Below are positions 43,986 through 52,630 of a stretch of 64,000 bases of DNA, in pieces. Positions within the stretch are counted from its first letter, which is position 1. Each line of letters opens with the position of its first letter. A model generated the notes under the pieces. It saw nothing but the letters and a program-made list of their open reading frames with translations, ran no database searches and was not told the origin of the DNA. The stretch is from Paludibacteraceae bacterium (GTDB lineage: Bacteria; Bacteroidota; Bacteroidia; Bacteroidales; Paludibacteraceae): NCBI GenBank assembly GCA_017384225.1, contig JAFNUD010000033.1, positions 7,708-71,707 on the forward strand, in the 5' to 3' direction. Both the position numbers and the translations under genes were made by a program.

Positions 43986-44017
43986 TTTGCACAATTCAGA
44001 AAAAAGCTGTAAATTTG
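43986..44017 (+). promoter_or_regulatory. promoter for tonB (and probably recG)
   Basis: -33 TTTG (43986-43989), 20-nt spacer, -7 TAAATTTG (44010-44017). It ends 62 nt before the ATG at 44080. Confidence 0.65.
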
Positions 44018-44079
44018 CAGTCCGAAATGGTAGTGCTATCCAGAGCACGTATGAACGTAAACATAAAAACACAAACAAT

Positions 44080-44760
44080 ATGCAACTAAAAAAGAATCCC
44101 CAAGCAAGCTTGGAAGACAAGAAACTGACCTATGTTCTCGTAGGATTGGTTTTGGTATTGAGCATTTGCTATGTCGCATTTGAATGGACAGAAAAAGAAG
44201 TAACTAAGTACGATGTCGTGGACACCGAATTTGCATTCGAAGAGGAAATCGATATCCAACAAACTACGCAAGAGACTCCTCCACCACCTCCACCACCAGC
44301 ACCAGTTGAGGTTGAAGTTCTTAACGTAGTGGAAGACGATGTAGAGGTAGAAGAAATTCAGATTAACACCGAAGATGACAAGGATGTTGAGGTGATTATC
44401 GCTCCTCCTGTAGAAGCTCCAGTAGAGGAAGAAGAAGAGGAAGTAATCTTCGTGGTTGTAGAATCTATGCCTGAGTTCCCTGGTGGTCAACAAGCCATGA
44501 TGAAATATATCGCTGAAAATATCAAGTATCCTGTGATTGCACAAGAGAATGGTATCCAAGGTCGTGTGATTTGCCAATTCGTGGTAGAGAAAGATGGTCG
44601 AGTATCCGACATCCAAGTAGTACGTTCTTCAGGCGAAGCGTCTCTTGACAAAGAGGCTGTACGCGTGATCAATAGCATGCCTAAATGGAAACCAGGTAAG
44701 CAACGCGGCAAACCAGTACGCGTGAAATACACCTTGCCTGTGAACTTCCGTTTGCAATAA
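44080..44760 (+). CDS. tonB: energy transducer TonB
   Basis: From the ATG at 44080: a TM anchor, a Pro/Glu-rich linker (TPPPPPPPAPVEVEV...EEEEEE), then the C-terminal TonB domain FPGGQQAMMKYIAENIKYPVIAQENGIQGRVICQFVVEKDGRVSDIQVV...AVRVI....KWKPGKQRGKPVRVKYTLPVNF. The track start at 43975 precedes the TAAATTTG -7 box. Confidence 0.85.
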   Translation: MQLKKNPQASLEDKKLTYVLVGLVLVLSICYVAFEWTEKEVTKYDVVDTEFAFEEEIDIQQTTQETPPPPPPPAPVEVEVLNVVEDDVEVEEIQINTEDDKDVEVIIAPPVEAPVEEEEEEVIFVVVESMPEFPGGQQAMMKYIAENIKYPVIAQENGIQGRVICQFVVEKDGRVSDIQVVRSSGEASLDKEAVRVINSMPKWKPGKQRGKPVRVKYTLPVNFRLQ

Positions 44761-44763
44761 TTC

Positions 44764-44814
44764 CTCGCCTTTAGCCTAATCGCCTTTAGCCTTTAGCCTA
44801 AGTCGCGAAGCGAA
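44764..44814. repeat. intergenic GC-rich word repeats (CGCCTTTAGCCT x2 plus TTAGCCT)
   Basis: ctcgcctttagcct aat cgcctttagcct ttagcct aagtcgcgaagcgaa. It fills the tonB-recG spacer. Confidence 0.8.
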
Positions 44815-46908
44815 ATGGATTTGGCAAATAAAAATATCGAATATTGTAAGGGTGTCGGCGCTAAGCGTGCCGACATTCTTCGTAAAGAGCTGGGGGTAAA
44901 GTCGGCTTTGGATATGCTATACCAATTCCCCTACAAGTATATAGATCGAAGTCGTTTCTACTATATCCACGAGATTGACGATGATGAGACCTACGTGCAA
45001 ATCATAGGTCATATCACAGAATGGCATACCGTAGGTATAGGTGCTACGCAACGACTATCAGCCACTTTCACCGATGGGCGACATACGATTGAATTGGTAT
45101 GGTTCAAGGGCGTGAAGTATGTCAAGCTGGAGCGCAATGTACAATATTTGCTTTTTGGTAAACCCTCTCGCTTTAATCATCAGTATAATTTTGTGCACCC
45201 TGAACTCACGCTCATGAGTAAGGTGCAACCTGAAATGACTCAGGGTTTAGAGCCACACTACAACACTACCGAGGGCATGAAACGCGCAGGTATCAACTCC
45301 AAGACCATGCGCACTATCATTGTTCAACTCATCCCCGAACTACAGCAACAAGGTTTGGTGGACACCATAGGCATGGATATGGTACAACGTTACCACCTGA
45401 TGCGCCTTAGCGAAGCCATCTGCAATATCCATTTTCCAAAGGATACGCCTACGATGCAGAAAGCACGCGAGCGACTGAAGTTTGAAGAGCTATTTTATAT
45501 TCAGTTGCAGATATTACGGCAGATGAAGCGCCGCGAACAGAATCAAGGTTTTCTGATGCCTATCGTAGGTAAGGCTTTCCACTCTTTTTATCAGCAGCAT
45601 CTCCCCTTCCCGCTCACCAATGCACAGAAGCGCGTGATACGCGAGATACAAGCCGATATCAAGTCTGGCAAGCAGATGAATCGACTCTTGCAAGGCGACG
45701 TAGGTAGTGGTAAGACTATTGTAGCTTTGCTTACTGCTCTCTTAGCAGTAGATAATGGCTATCAAGCTTGTATCATGGCTCCTACAGAGATACTCGCCAA
45801 CCAGCATTATCAAAGTATCAGTGAACTGCTAAATGATAGCGACGACATCAAAATTGCTCTTCTCACTGGTTCCACTACTGCCAAGCAGCGCCAGCCTATC
45901 CATGAGCAGTTGCAGTCGGGCGAGATTAATATCCTCATTGGTACACACGCCCTCATAGAGGACCATGTGCGCTTCGCCAATCTCGGATTATGCATCATTG
46001 ATGAGCAACACCGCTTTGGTGTAGCTCAACGTGCAAAATTGTGGAATAAGAACCTGCGACCTCCACATGTACTTGTCATGACGGCCACACCTATCCCTCG
46101 TACATTGGCTATGACCGTCTATGGCGACCTGCAAGTGAGCATCATCGACGAACTACCTCCTGGCAGAAAACCAGTGCAAACACTCCACTACTCTACACTG
46201 CGACGAACGACTATCAATCAGTTTATCGAACAGCAAATCGGTATAGGCAGGCAAGTATATGTAGTCTATCCTTTGATTAAGGAAAACGAAAAAATAGAGT
46301 TGCAAGACCTGCAGAATGGCTATAATCAGTTGTGCGAAACTTTCCCACACTATCGTATATCCATGATACACGGGCAAATGCGTGCTAAGGACAAAGACGA
46401 GCAGATGCAACGTTTCGTGAGTGGAGAAACACAGATTCTTGTCGCCACCACCGTCATTGAGGTGGGGGTCAATGTGCCCAATGCCAGCGTAATGATTATT
46501 GAGAATGCCGAACGCTTTGGACTGAGCCAACTGCATCAGCTACGCGGTCGCGTAGGACGTGGTGCCGAGCAGAGTTATTGTATTCTACTCACCAAAGTAG
46601 AACTCAGCAAGGATACCCGCAAGCGTATGGATATCATGGTTGCCACCAATGATGGTTTCCGCATTGCGGAAGCTGATCTTCAGTTGCGTGGTCCTGGTGA
46701 CCTCGAGGGCACACAGCAATCAGGACTCCCTTTCGAGCTACGCATAGCCAGTCTATCTGCCGACGGGCCACTGCTCGAACTGGCACGCCAAGCGGCTATG
46801 GAGATTTTGGATGCAGACCCGCTACTCGAGGACATGCACAATCGCATATACAAACAGCGACTCGACTATCTTCGAATCGCTGCTGGTAATTGGGGAGAAA
46901 TATCCTAA
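44815..46908 (+). CDS. recG: ATP-dependent DNA helicase RecG
   Basis: 697 aa. Wedge domain N-terminus, Walker A GDVGSGKT, DEQHRFG box, motif VI QLRGRVGRG. Confidence 0.95.
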   Translation: MDLANKNIEYCKGVGAKRADILRKELGVKSALDMLYQFPYKYIDRSRFYYIHEIDDDETYVQIIGHITEWHTVGIGATQRLSATFTDGRHTIELVWFKGVKYVKLERNVQYLLFGKPSRFNHQYNFVHPELTLMSKVQPEMTQGLEPHYNTTEGMKRAGINSKTMRTIIVQLIPELQQQGLVDTIGMDMVQRYHLMRLSEAICNIHFPKDTPTMQKARERLKFEELFYIQLQILRQMKRREQNQGFLMPIVGKAFHSFYQQHLPFPLTNAQKRVIREIQADIKSGKQMNRLLQGDVGSGKTIVALLTALLAVDNGYQACIMAPTEILANQHYQSISELLNDSDDIKIALLTGSTTAKQRQPIHEQLQSGEINILIGTHALIEDHVRFANLGLCIIDEQHRFGVAQRAKLWNKNLRPPHVLVMTATPIPRTLAMTVYGDLQVSIIDELPPGRKPVQTLHYSTLRRTTINQFIEQQIGIGRQVYVVYPLIKENEKIELQDLQNGYNQLCETFPHYRISMIHGQMRAKDKDEQMQRFVSGETQILVATTVIEVGVNVPNASVMIIENAERFGLSQLHQLRGRVGRGAEQSYCILLTKVELSKDTRKRMDIMVATNDGFRIAEADLQLRGPGDLEGTQQSGLPFELRIASLSADGPLLELARQAAMEILDADPLLEDMHNRIYKQRLDYLRIAAGNWGEIS

Positions 46909-46941
46909 CTCACCTTTACATTACTCCTATCAATAGCTGTT

Positions 46942-47838
46942 TCAATATCGATTTCCTAATAAATCGTAATAATGACCATCATGTAGAATGACCAATTTGC
47001 CATTCTGAATGATTTTTGTGCCATTAGTTGTTGGCTGAATAGTGGTATTAGGTATTGCAGTCAGAGGATTCGTATTGATCGTCAAGCCATCAAGTGCGAA
47101 ATAACATGGCGTATTTGCACCATAGTTACCAACATCTGTGGTAGTCATACTAAAACTCAACATAGATGTTTTACCCAAAGACCTCAATGGAACTTTTATC
47201 CAACCTTCATTTTTCTTGCCATCTACAGCAAGATAGTAAGTGGTAGTAGCAGTGGGTTGCATACTACTATCAAGTGCCTGAATAATGAGAGCTAAAGTGG
47301 CTTGATCCGTAAAGGCACGGGCATTAAACTCACCTTGAGTAATAGCCTTGTAGGTATTGCTATTTTGGCAAATATATACATACTCGGGATAATACTCCTT
47401 ATTTAATTGGATGATATTGGAGGAATATCCTTGCGAGGCACTCACCCATTCGGAGTAATAGCCAATCACATAGGGTGTACCTACCCCAGCCATTCCACCA
47501 TTCGCCACGCAACCAAACACATTAGCTGTATCTTGTGATACGGTAGATAGTGTGAATCCTTCCCAACTCATTCCGCCGTATGACAAGCCACTGGGTAGGT
47601 GAGATAGACGAAATACGCCATCATTGGTAAAGATTTGGCTACACGAATCCGCATCATTATAAGTATCATTCCAAACGTGAGTAAGGTTATAGTACCCTTC
47701 TCCATAAACAGTGCTATAGACAATAGTATTGCCGTTGCTATTGGTGGCCGTACTTAGATCCATCGTTATTTGCTCAGCACGCACTGGCGTAGCAAGAGCA
47801 ATAAGCAATAAGCAAAATATAATCTGTTTCATAAACAT
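46942..47838 (-). CDS. DUF4465-like secreted protein with T9SS-type C-terminal tail
   Basis: 298 aa with a signal peptide. Segments ...GGMSWEGFTLS..., ...GTPYVIGYY..., ...NSNTYKAITQGEFNARAF..., ...YYLAVDGKKNEGWIKVPL..., ...TTDVGNYGANTPCYFALDGL match the DUF4465 pattern as I remember it. Tail KIIQNGKLVILHDGHYYDLLGNRY. Own TACCTTTG promoter in the 97-nt gap. Confidence 0.65.
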   Translation of the reverse strand: MFMKQIIFCLLLIALATPVRAEQITMDLSTATNSNGNTIVYSTVYGEGYYNLTHVWNDTYNDADSCSQIFTNDGVFRLSHLPSGLSYGGMSWEGFTLSTVSQDTANVFGCVANGGMAGVGTPYVIGYYSEWVSASQGYSSNIIQLNKEYYPEYVYICQNSNTYKAITQGEFNARAFTDQATLALIIQALDSSMQPTATTTYYLAVDGKKNEGWIKVPLRSLGKTSMLSFSMTTTDVGNYGANTPCYFALDGLTINTNPLTAIPNTTIQPTTNGTKIIQNGKLVILHDGHYYDLLGNRY

Positions 47839-47865
47839 CTAAACTTCAATTCCTCAAATCGCCTG

Positions 47866-47896
47866 CAAAGGTACTGCATTTTTTGTACTTGTGCAA
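47866..47896 (-). promoter_or_regulatory. promoter for the DUF4465-like gene
   Basis: Minus strand: -33 TTGC (47896-47893), 19-nt spacer, -7 TACCTTTG (47873-47866). It lies 27 nt upstream of the ATG at 47838. Confidence 0.7.
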
Positions 47897-47935
47897 ATCT
47901 ACAGAAGATTTTTTAAGTTTTCCTCTGTAGATAAT

Positions 47936-49225
47936 TTAGTATTTAGAGGATTCATCGAAAATGTGCAAATCGCGGGCATGAGAGATCTCTGTACTCGTCT
48001 CGCCTATCCAACCACATTCTTGATTCACACCCGTATAAACACGCACAAAGTCTGCACAAGGCAGATGAATAGGTTCGCCATCTTCGGTGACTGCCCATGC
48101 TATGTCAAATGAGTTGAGGTGTACGCTATCATTCGGATTGCAATCCACATAACCCTGACCATAGAAATTCTGCACCCATAGTGTGCCATCACCATTCGAA
48201 TCATAAGCGTTGTCGGGCAAGCAAGAACCCAAAAAAGTCAAAGTGGAGTCCTGCAACCACATAGGAAAATAGTCCTGCGTATGGAAACAATTCTTCTTCA
48301 CATATCCCTCACCCCCTTGATTATCTGTCCAGAGAATATACACCGAATCGGTGATAGGCGATTTCTTTTCAAATTCAGGCACATGGTCTGCTGGGGTGCG
48401 ATGATAGGTAACTTCATACTGATGAATCGTAGCCGAATTGCGATACTCGCTGCCTGCGAGTTGATAAAATGGGTCATCGGGTTTGCCATTCTGATTCACA
48501 TCCACACTCACCATCACAATACCAGGTTCGCTACTACCACCTTTCTGCATGGCACTGCTAAGAAAAGCATTGCCCTCAATCAAAAAGTCCAATTCATCGG
48601 GAAAATTCACCACAGAGTGGTCAAAAGCGAAAGTCACATACCCACCCCAAGCACCCAACGAAATCAGCGTATTATTGGTACCCGCAACAGACTCTTCCGC
48701 TTTCTGGCGCATCGTTTCATACGTATCGCCCTCTTCGTACATAGGCATGGTATTGACAAACTGTCCCGGCGCTGGATTATACTCCAACACGCGCGAAATA
48801 TACGGCGAATACGCCACTTGCTCTTCCCAAACAACCACCTTAAAAGAGTGCGTGACAGGATTTTGCCTGTCTATAATATTCAAGCAGAGAGTATATGTAC
48901 CCGTATCTGCTTGACAGAAAATCAAGTCTCTTCCCGTAGAAAGTAATTTCTTTTCTTCTCGCCATTTCGCCTCATCGCCTTTCGCCTCAACTAACCACCA
49001 CTCATATTCTTCTCCAGAGAACTCTGGATGTAAGATAAGGGTACGCATACGCTCCACAGCATAGCTCTCGTCTATGCCAAGATTGACCATTGGTATGTCG
49101 GGCTCGCAACTAACGATAGACAAAGCACATATGAGCAGGGATATCACCCGTGCGCACAGACCATTTGCGTTTGCCCTCGCGCGAGTAGCAGTGCAGTTGT
49201 CCGCTGGATACGTAGTTTTTTGCAT
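47936..49225 (-). CDS. cell-surface lipoprotein of the B12-uptake locus (function unknown)
   Basis: Lipobox ALSIVSC-EPD. The track ORF extends to 49354, but that part lies deep inside the upstream gene. The last in-frame ATG before the lipobox is 49225 (MQKTTYPADN...). An in-frame GTG at 49147 is an alternative. Either start overlaps the upstream CDS. Confidence 0.6.
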   Translation of the reverse strand: MQKTTYPADNCTATRARANANGLCARVISLLICALSIVSCEPDIPMVNLGIDESYAVERMRTLILHPEFSGEEYEWWLVEAKGDEAKWREEKKLLSTGRDLIFCQADTGTYTLCLNIIDRQNPVTHSFKVVVWEEQVAYSPYISRVLEYNPAPGQFVNTMPMYEEGDTYETMRQKAEESVAGTNNTLISLGAWGGYVTFAFDHSVVNFPDELDFLIEGNAFLSSAMQKGGSSEPGIVMVSVDVNQNGKPDDPFYQLAGSEYRNSATIHQYEVTYHRTPADHVPEFEKKSPITDSVYILWTDNQGGEGYVKKNCFHTQDYFPMWLQDSTLTFLGSCLPDNAYDSNGDGTLWVQNFYGQGYVDCNPNDSVHLNSFDIAWAVTEDGEPIHLPCADFVRVYTGVNQECGWIGETSTEISHARDLHIFDESSKY

Positions 49226-50294
49226 CTGTAACATATATATCGCCATTGTATGGATTGACTTGAATACCATATGGAATCTTAATGTTTTTATCGGTTCCAT
49301 CGGTAATAAATCCTTTGGATACCAACTCGCGTGTGCGCACATTGATGATACCATAGTTGATATTATTCTCCTCGGTTTGATTATTCCAATTCACCCCATA
49401 AAAATACATCGAATCGCCTACCATCACCATCTCCGAAACAGGTATTGAGAGAGTATCTATCGCGCGCATATCTGCGGTGAATTGGGAGTTTTTTGCTATA
49501 CAGACAAGTGCAGAAGGCACATCTTGATAATCGCCACGCGATGTAACCCATAGTTGCCCCAAGTGATCTTGGCGCAAGCGGTGGGGATTCGTGCAAGCGG
49601 GCAACTTCTGCACCTGCTTAAAGCCATACATCTCTACGACAGATACAGTATTATCATAATTAGGTGCACGATAACCACCCGAATTAGCAACATAGATATA
49701 TTCACCAATTATCTCGAGTTCATCGGGTTGATAACCCACCGTCACCTTGCGTGTGACCTTCAACGAAGCTGTATCTACCTCAAAGACTGCACCCAACTGC
49801 GCATTCGGATCAATGGTCACAGGACCTACATACGAACTAACATAGGCTTTGCCATCTTTGAAGCGAATATAACGGCAGTTAGGAATATCCACTTGACCAA
49901 TGCGACGGCAGGTACGCAAATCCATCACTTCTACTTTGTGCGAACAATTGATGACAGCATAGAGACGATTACCATATACCTGAATATCATTGCCCACGTC
50001 ACCAAGTTCTTTGATGACATTCGGATTACGTTCGCCATATATATTGCGAATATAGTAAGCATTGCAGAAGTCCACATAGTCAATACTCGCTTTGTTGCTA
50101 CCCATATTCCCCTCATTGAGCAGGTACATACCGATAGGTTCATCCGCAGCGAAACTCGCCTCTTGACGCACCTCTATAGGCAATAACTCGTACTCTGCAG
50201 GCACTACAATCTCATCGCCACGGCAACCCGTCAGTAGCAGAGCTACCGCGAGAATGATGAATTTTGAATTATGAATTATGAATTGCATTGTCAT
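49110..50294 (-). CDS. beta-propeller surface lipoprotein in the BtuG position (YncE/YVTN-like)
   Basis: 394 aa. Lipobox LLLTGC-RGDE, with acidic residues after the Cys that fit the Bacteroidetes surface-export signal. Repeated ...YV.N... blade-like segments (LYAVIN, AYVSSY, IYVANSG, LWVTSRG, MYFYGV, IYVTDA). It sits immediately downstream of the riboswitch-controlled TonB-dependent receptor, as btuG does in Bacteroides. Orthology is not proven. Confidence 0.65.
   Translation of the reverse strand: MTMQFIIHNSKFIILAVALLLTGCRGDEIVVPAEYELLPIEVRQEASFAADEPIGMYLLNEGNMGSNKASIDYVDFCNAYYIRNIYGERNPNVIKELGDVGNDIQVYGNRLYAVINCSHKVEVMDLRTCRRIGQVDIPNCRYIRFKDGKAYVSSYVGPVTIDPNAQLGAVFEVDTASLKVTRKVTVGYQPDELEIIGEYIYVANSGGYRAPNYDNTVSVVEMYGFKQVQKLPACTNPHRLRQDHLGQLWVTSRGDYQDVPSALVCIAKNSQFTADMRAIDTLSIPVSEMVMVGDSMYFYGVNWNNQTEENNINYGIINVRTRELVSKGFITDGTDKNIKIPYGIQVNPYNGDIYVTDAKNYVSSGQLHCYSREGKRKWSVRTGDIPAHMCFVYR
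50252..50285. repeat. heptamer array, GAATTWT family, in the first codons of the btuG-position gene
   Basis: gaatgat gaatttt gaattat gaattat gaattg. It is translated on the minus strand as QFIIHNSKFII (codons 4-14). It shares a 21-nt identity (atgaattttgaattatgaatt) with 22184-22216. Confidence 0.85.
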
Positions 50295-50371
50295 TCTTCT
50301 GTTCGCTACGCGTATGCGCTATATTGTTCCTATAGCCCTCAGGGGCGTCCTATAACCTATGTGCTTGCGCA

Positions 50372-52444
50372 TCAATATGTAATACTTACCGTGCATTTGT
50401 AATTTCGTTTTGGCATAGGGTAATTAAGAATCACGTCGTAGTCTTGCGATAACAAGTTATTCACATCCAGCGCCACACGCAACGTAAACAATCTCTTGCC
50501 TCTCGCCTCTAACCTATCACCTATAGCCTTACAAATATCCCATTCGCCAACGAGAGAGAGGTCATGTGTGTACCAAGGTTGAGTGTAGTTATAGAGGATA
50601 TTCTCCTGTTGGTTATAGCGTTCGCCTACATAGATAAAACTATAGTTCAAGTGGTACTGCATCCAATCGTTGCTCCATCCAAACATACCCACCGCACTAC
50701 CCGAGTGCCAAGGTATATACGGGATTTGGTGACCATAGTAGTTATCTGCAGGATCGGTAACATCAAGAGCTGTTTGGTAGGTATATTGCGCTTTAGCAGT
50801 CAGGTAGAAGTTCTTGGGTAATACGAAGTGTAGTTGCGTATTCACATCCACACCATTAATTTTCACCAATCCAAGGTTGAGCATCGTCCAACGGAATTGT
50901 TGCCCCTTTGGATAAGCAATAATCTTGTCCGAAATACGATTATAGTAGTAATCGGCATTTAAGCGGAACTCTGAACCGCGCTGATTAGCAACACGGAAAG
51001 GTTGCACAAAACTCAATCCTGCACTATGTTGCTTTGCCAACTCTGGCTTTAGATATGCATTACCCATGTCCGTATAATAGAGATCGTTGAAAGTAGGATA
51101 GCGATAGCTCTGTTTATAGAAAGCATTGAAGCGCAAATCAACCACTTGCGACGGACGGTACGAGAAGAATACAGCTGGCGTAAACTTGCTAGTATTGGGT
51201 GCCTCATCACGGTCACGTGCTTCTTCATTAACAAAAGTGCCCAACAAACTCGCCTGCACACGCAGATAATTCTGTATATTCATTGCGGTTGCAACACTTA
51301 CCCAATGCGTAAAGCGATGAGCATTGAGATACATACTGAGGGCGTTGTACTGCATATCGTAAGCGGCACTCATGTCCCACCAGTCGAATATTTTTACCTT
51401 GTGCGCCATGGTCAGATAGACCTCTTGTTGGAGATATTGGTTCTCTACATGAATCAGTTTGTCATCGTTATTGATATAGCGCGTATAGTCATTGGCATAC
51501 TTGGCATTCACACGTACGGACCAGCGATTGAAGAGCTCGTCTTGCCAAGTAGCTTGCACAAACGAGTTGCGATCCCAAAGGCGCTCACCATTGCGCCACA
51601 CATTGTTCACAATAGCACCAGGAACACCACGCTCCGAATTGTAGTGATAGAGTTGCACCTTCCAGAAACCAGTGTTGCTATAGTAGTGATTGAGCGCTGC
51701 CTCTACGCGGATGGCATTAATATCGCCGTTTTGGCGAATAGCTGTCGTGTCATATGCCAATTCGCCCGAAGGAGTCACGCGGCGGTAACGGAAAGGATAC
51801 TTACCACTAGAAGATACCAATTCGGCATTCGTAGTGAGAGACATCGTTTCACTGAGTTTGATGTCCAATAGGAAACTAGGATTAATCAAATCAAAACTAC
51901 CTGCACGCATCTGCCCCTTCACATTAAAGGTCTTGCCATTCTCAAAGCGAGGGCGGCGAGAAGTGAGATAGATGCTACCCGCAGCACCAAACTCACGAGC
52001 CGACTGCCAAATATCAGATTTCTGCCCATTATAAAGTTGTATCTCTTCGATATTCTCAAGTGAGTATTTGCCAAGGTCTATCTGTCCGTTTTGGGCGTTG
52101 CCAAGTTGGACACCATTGTAATACACACCCATATGATTGGTACCCATAGAGCGGATATTCACTGTTTTCAATCCTCCCACACCACCATAGTCTTTAATCT
52201 GCACACCTGAGAAATAGCGAATAGCATCGGCTACACTCAAGGCGTTCATCTTCTTGAGTTGTACGCCGCCAAGTGTTTGAGGAATAATAATATCCTTCTC
52301 TTTGACGCGAGCGGTAATGGTAAACTCATCCAAATCCAAATGACGATAGATGGAATCTAAATACAATGAATCAGTGGCACTATGCTGAGCTACTGCCACT
52401 ACACACAAGAGTGTGAAAAATACTATGGATACTATTCTACGCAT
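50372..52444 (-). CDS. btuB: TonB-dependent receptor, cobalamin-type (BtuB-like)
   Basis: 690 aa. Signal peptide ...CVVAVA|Q, plug domain (...DEFTITA..., ...ALSVADAIRYFSGVQIKDYGGVGGLKTVNIRSMG...), 22-strand-sized barrel ending ...CTVSITY. It is directly preceded by a cobalamin riboswitch. Confidence 0.85.
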   Translation of the reverse strand: MRRIVSIVFFTLLCVVAVAQHSATDSLYLDSIYRHLDLDEFTITARVKEKDIIIPQTLGGVQLKKMNALSVADAIRYFSGVQIKDYGGVGGLKTVNIRSMGTNHMGVYYNGVQLGNAQNGQIDLGKYSLENIEEIQLYNGQKSDIWQSAREFGAAGSIYLTSRRPRFENGKTFNVKGQMRAGSFDLINPSFLLDIKLSETMSLTTNAELVSSSGKYPFRYRRVTPSGELAYDTTAIRQNGDINAIRVEAALNHYYSNTGFWKVQLYHYNSERGVPGAIVNNVWRNGERLWDRNSFVQATWQDELFNRWSVRVNAKYANDYTRYINNDDKLIHVENQYLQQEVYLTMAHKVKIFDWWDMSAAYDMQYNALSMYLNAHRFTHWVSVATAMNIQNYLRVQASLLGTFVNEEARDRDEAPNTSKFTPAVFFSYRPSQVVDLRFNAFYKQSYRYPTFNDLYYTDMGNAYLKPELAKQHSAGLSFVQPFRVANQRGSEFRLNADYYYNRISDKIIAYPKGQQFRWTMLNLGLVKINGVDVNTQLHFVLPKNFYLTAKAQYTYQTALDVTDPADNYYGHQIPYIPWHSGSAVGMFGWSNDWMQYHLNYSFIYVGERYNQQENILYNYTQPWYTHDLSLVGEWDICKAIGDRLEARGKRLFTLRVALDVNNLLSQDYDVILNYPMPKRNYKCTVSITY

Positions 52445-52626
52445 GTTGTTTGACTCTATACCACGAGAGTGTTCAACGAATGCATTGGTCGGTCTTCTGA
52501 CTTATCGCTCGTTTGTTCAGCCTTCCCACCCATAGGGCAGTGACTTTTTAGATAACGAACATTCGATTGCGAATCACAGCAGCGGGTCTGTGTAGGAATC
52601 TCACCTACTTCCCATTTTCCAAATGC
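52445..52626 (-). promoter_or_regulatory. cobalamin (B12) riboswitch in the btuB leader
   Basis: The minus strand reads GCAUUUGG-AAAAUGGGAAGUAGGUGAGAUUCCUACACAGACCCGCUGCUGUGA...GUCACUGCCCUAUGGGUGGGAAGGC...AAGUCAGAAGACCGACCAAUGC. This carries the conserved GGGAAG/GGUG/AUUCC/CCCGC core, the GCCACUG-like segment and the B12 box (AGUCAGAAGACC). P1 is GCAUU(U)GG paired with CCAAUGC (52619-52626 with 52482-52488). A small helix ACUCU...AGAGU lies just before the AUG at 52444. Confidence 0.9.
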
Positions 52627-52630
52627 GCTG

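Noticed and set aside
49226-49354. N-terminal 43 codons of track ORF 47936-49354 (MVSSMCAHASWYPKDLLP...).
   Set aside because: This part lies deep inside the btuG-position CDS in another frame and precedes the recognisable lipoprotein signal. I kept only the shortest ATG-initiated version that retains the lipobox. The remaining overlap is reported as a finding.
21976-50528. Short tandem and word repeats as a possible CRISPR array or CRISPR remnants.
   Set aside because: Units are 7-20 nt, directly abutting or separated by a few nt. There are no 25-40-nt spacers, no regular repeat-spacer periodicity, and no cas genes in the window.
48281-51871. Large plus-strand ORFs 48281-48946 (221 aa), 49554-50186 (210 aa) and 51146-51871 (241 aa).
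   Set aside because: They are antisense to the three riboswitch-controlled minus-strand genes, which have signal peptides, lipoboxes and receptor motifs. Their composition (I/H/R/T-rich) is typical of antisense frames.
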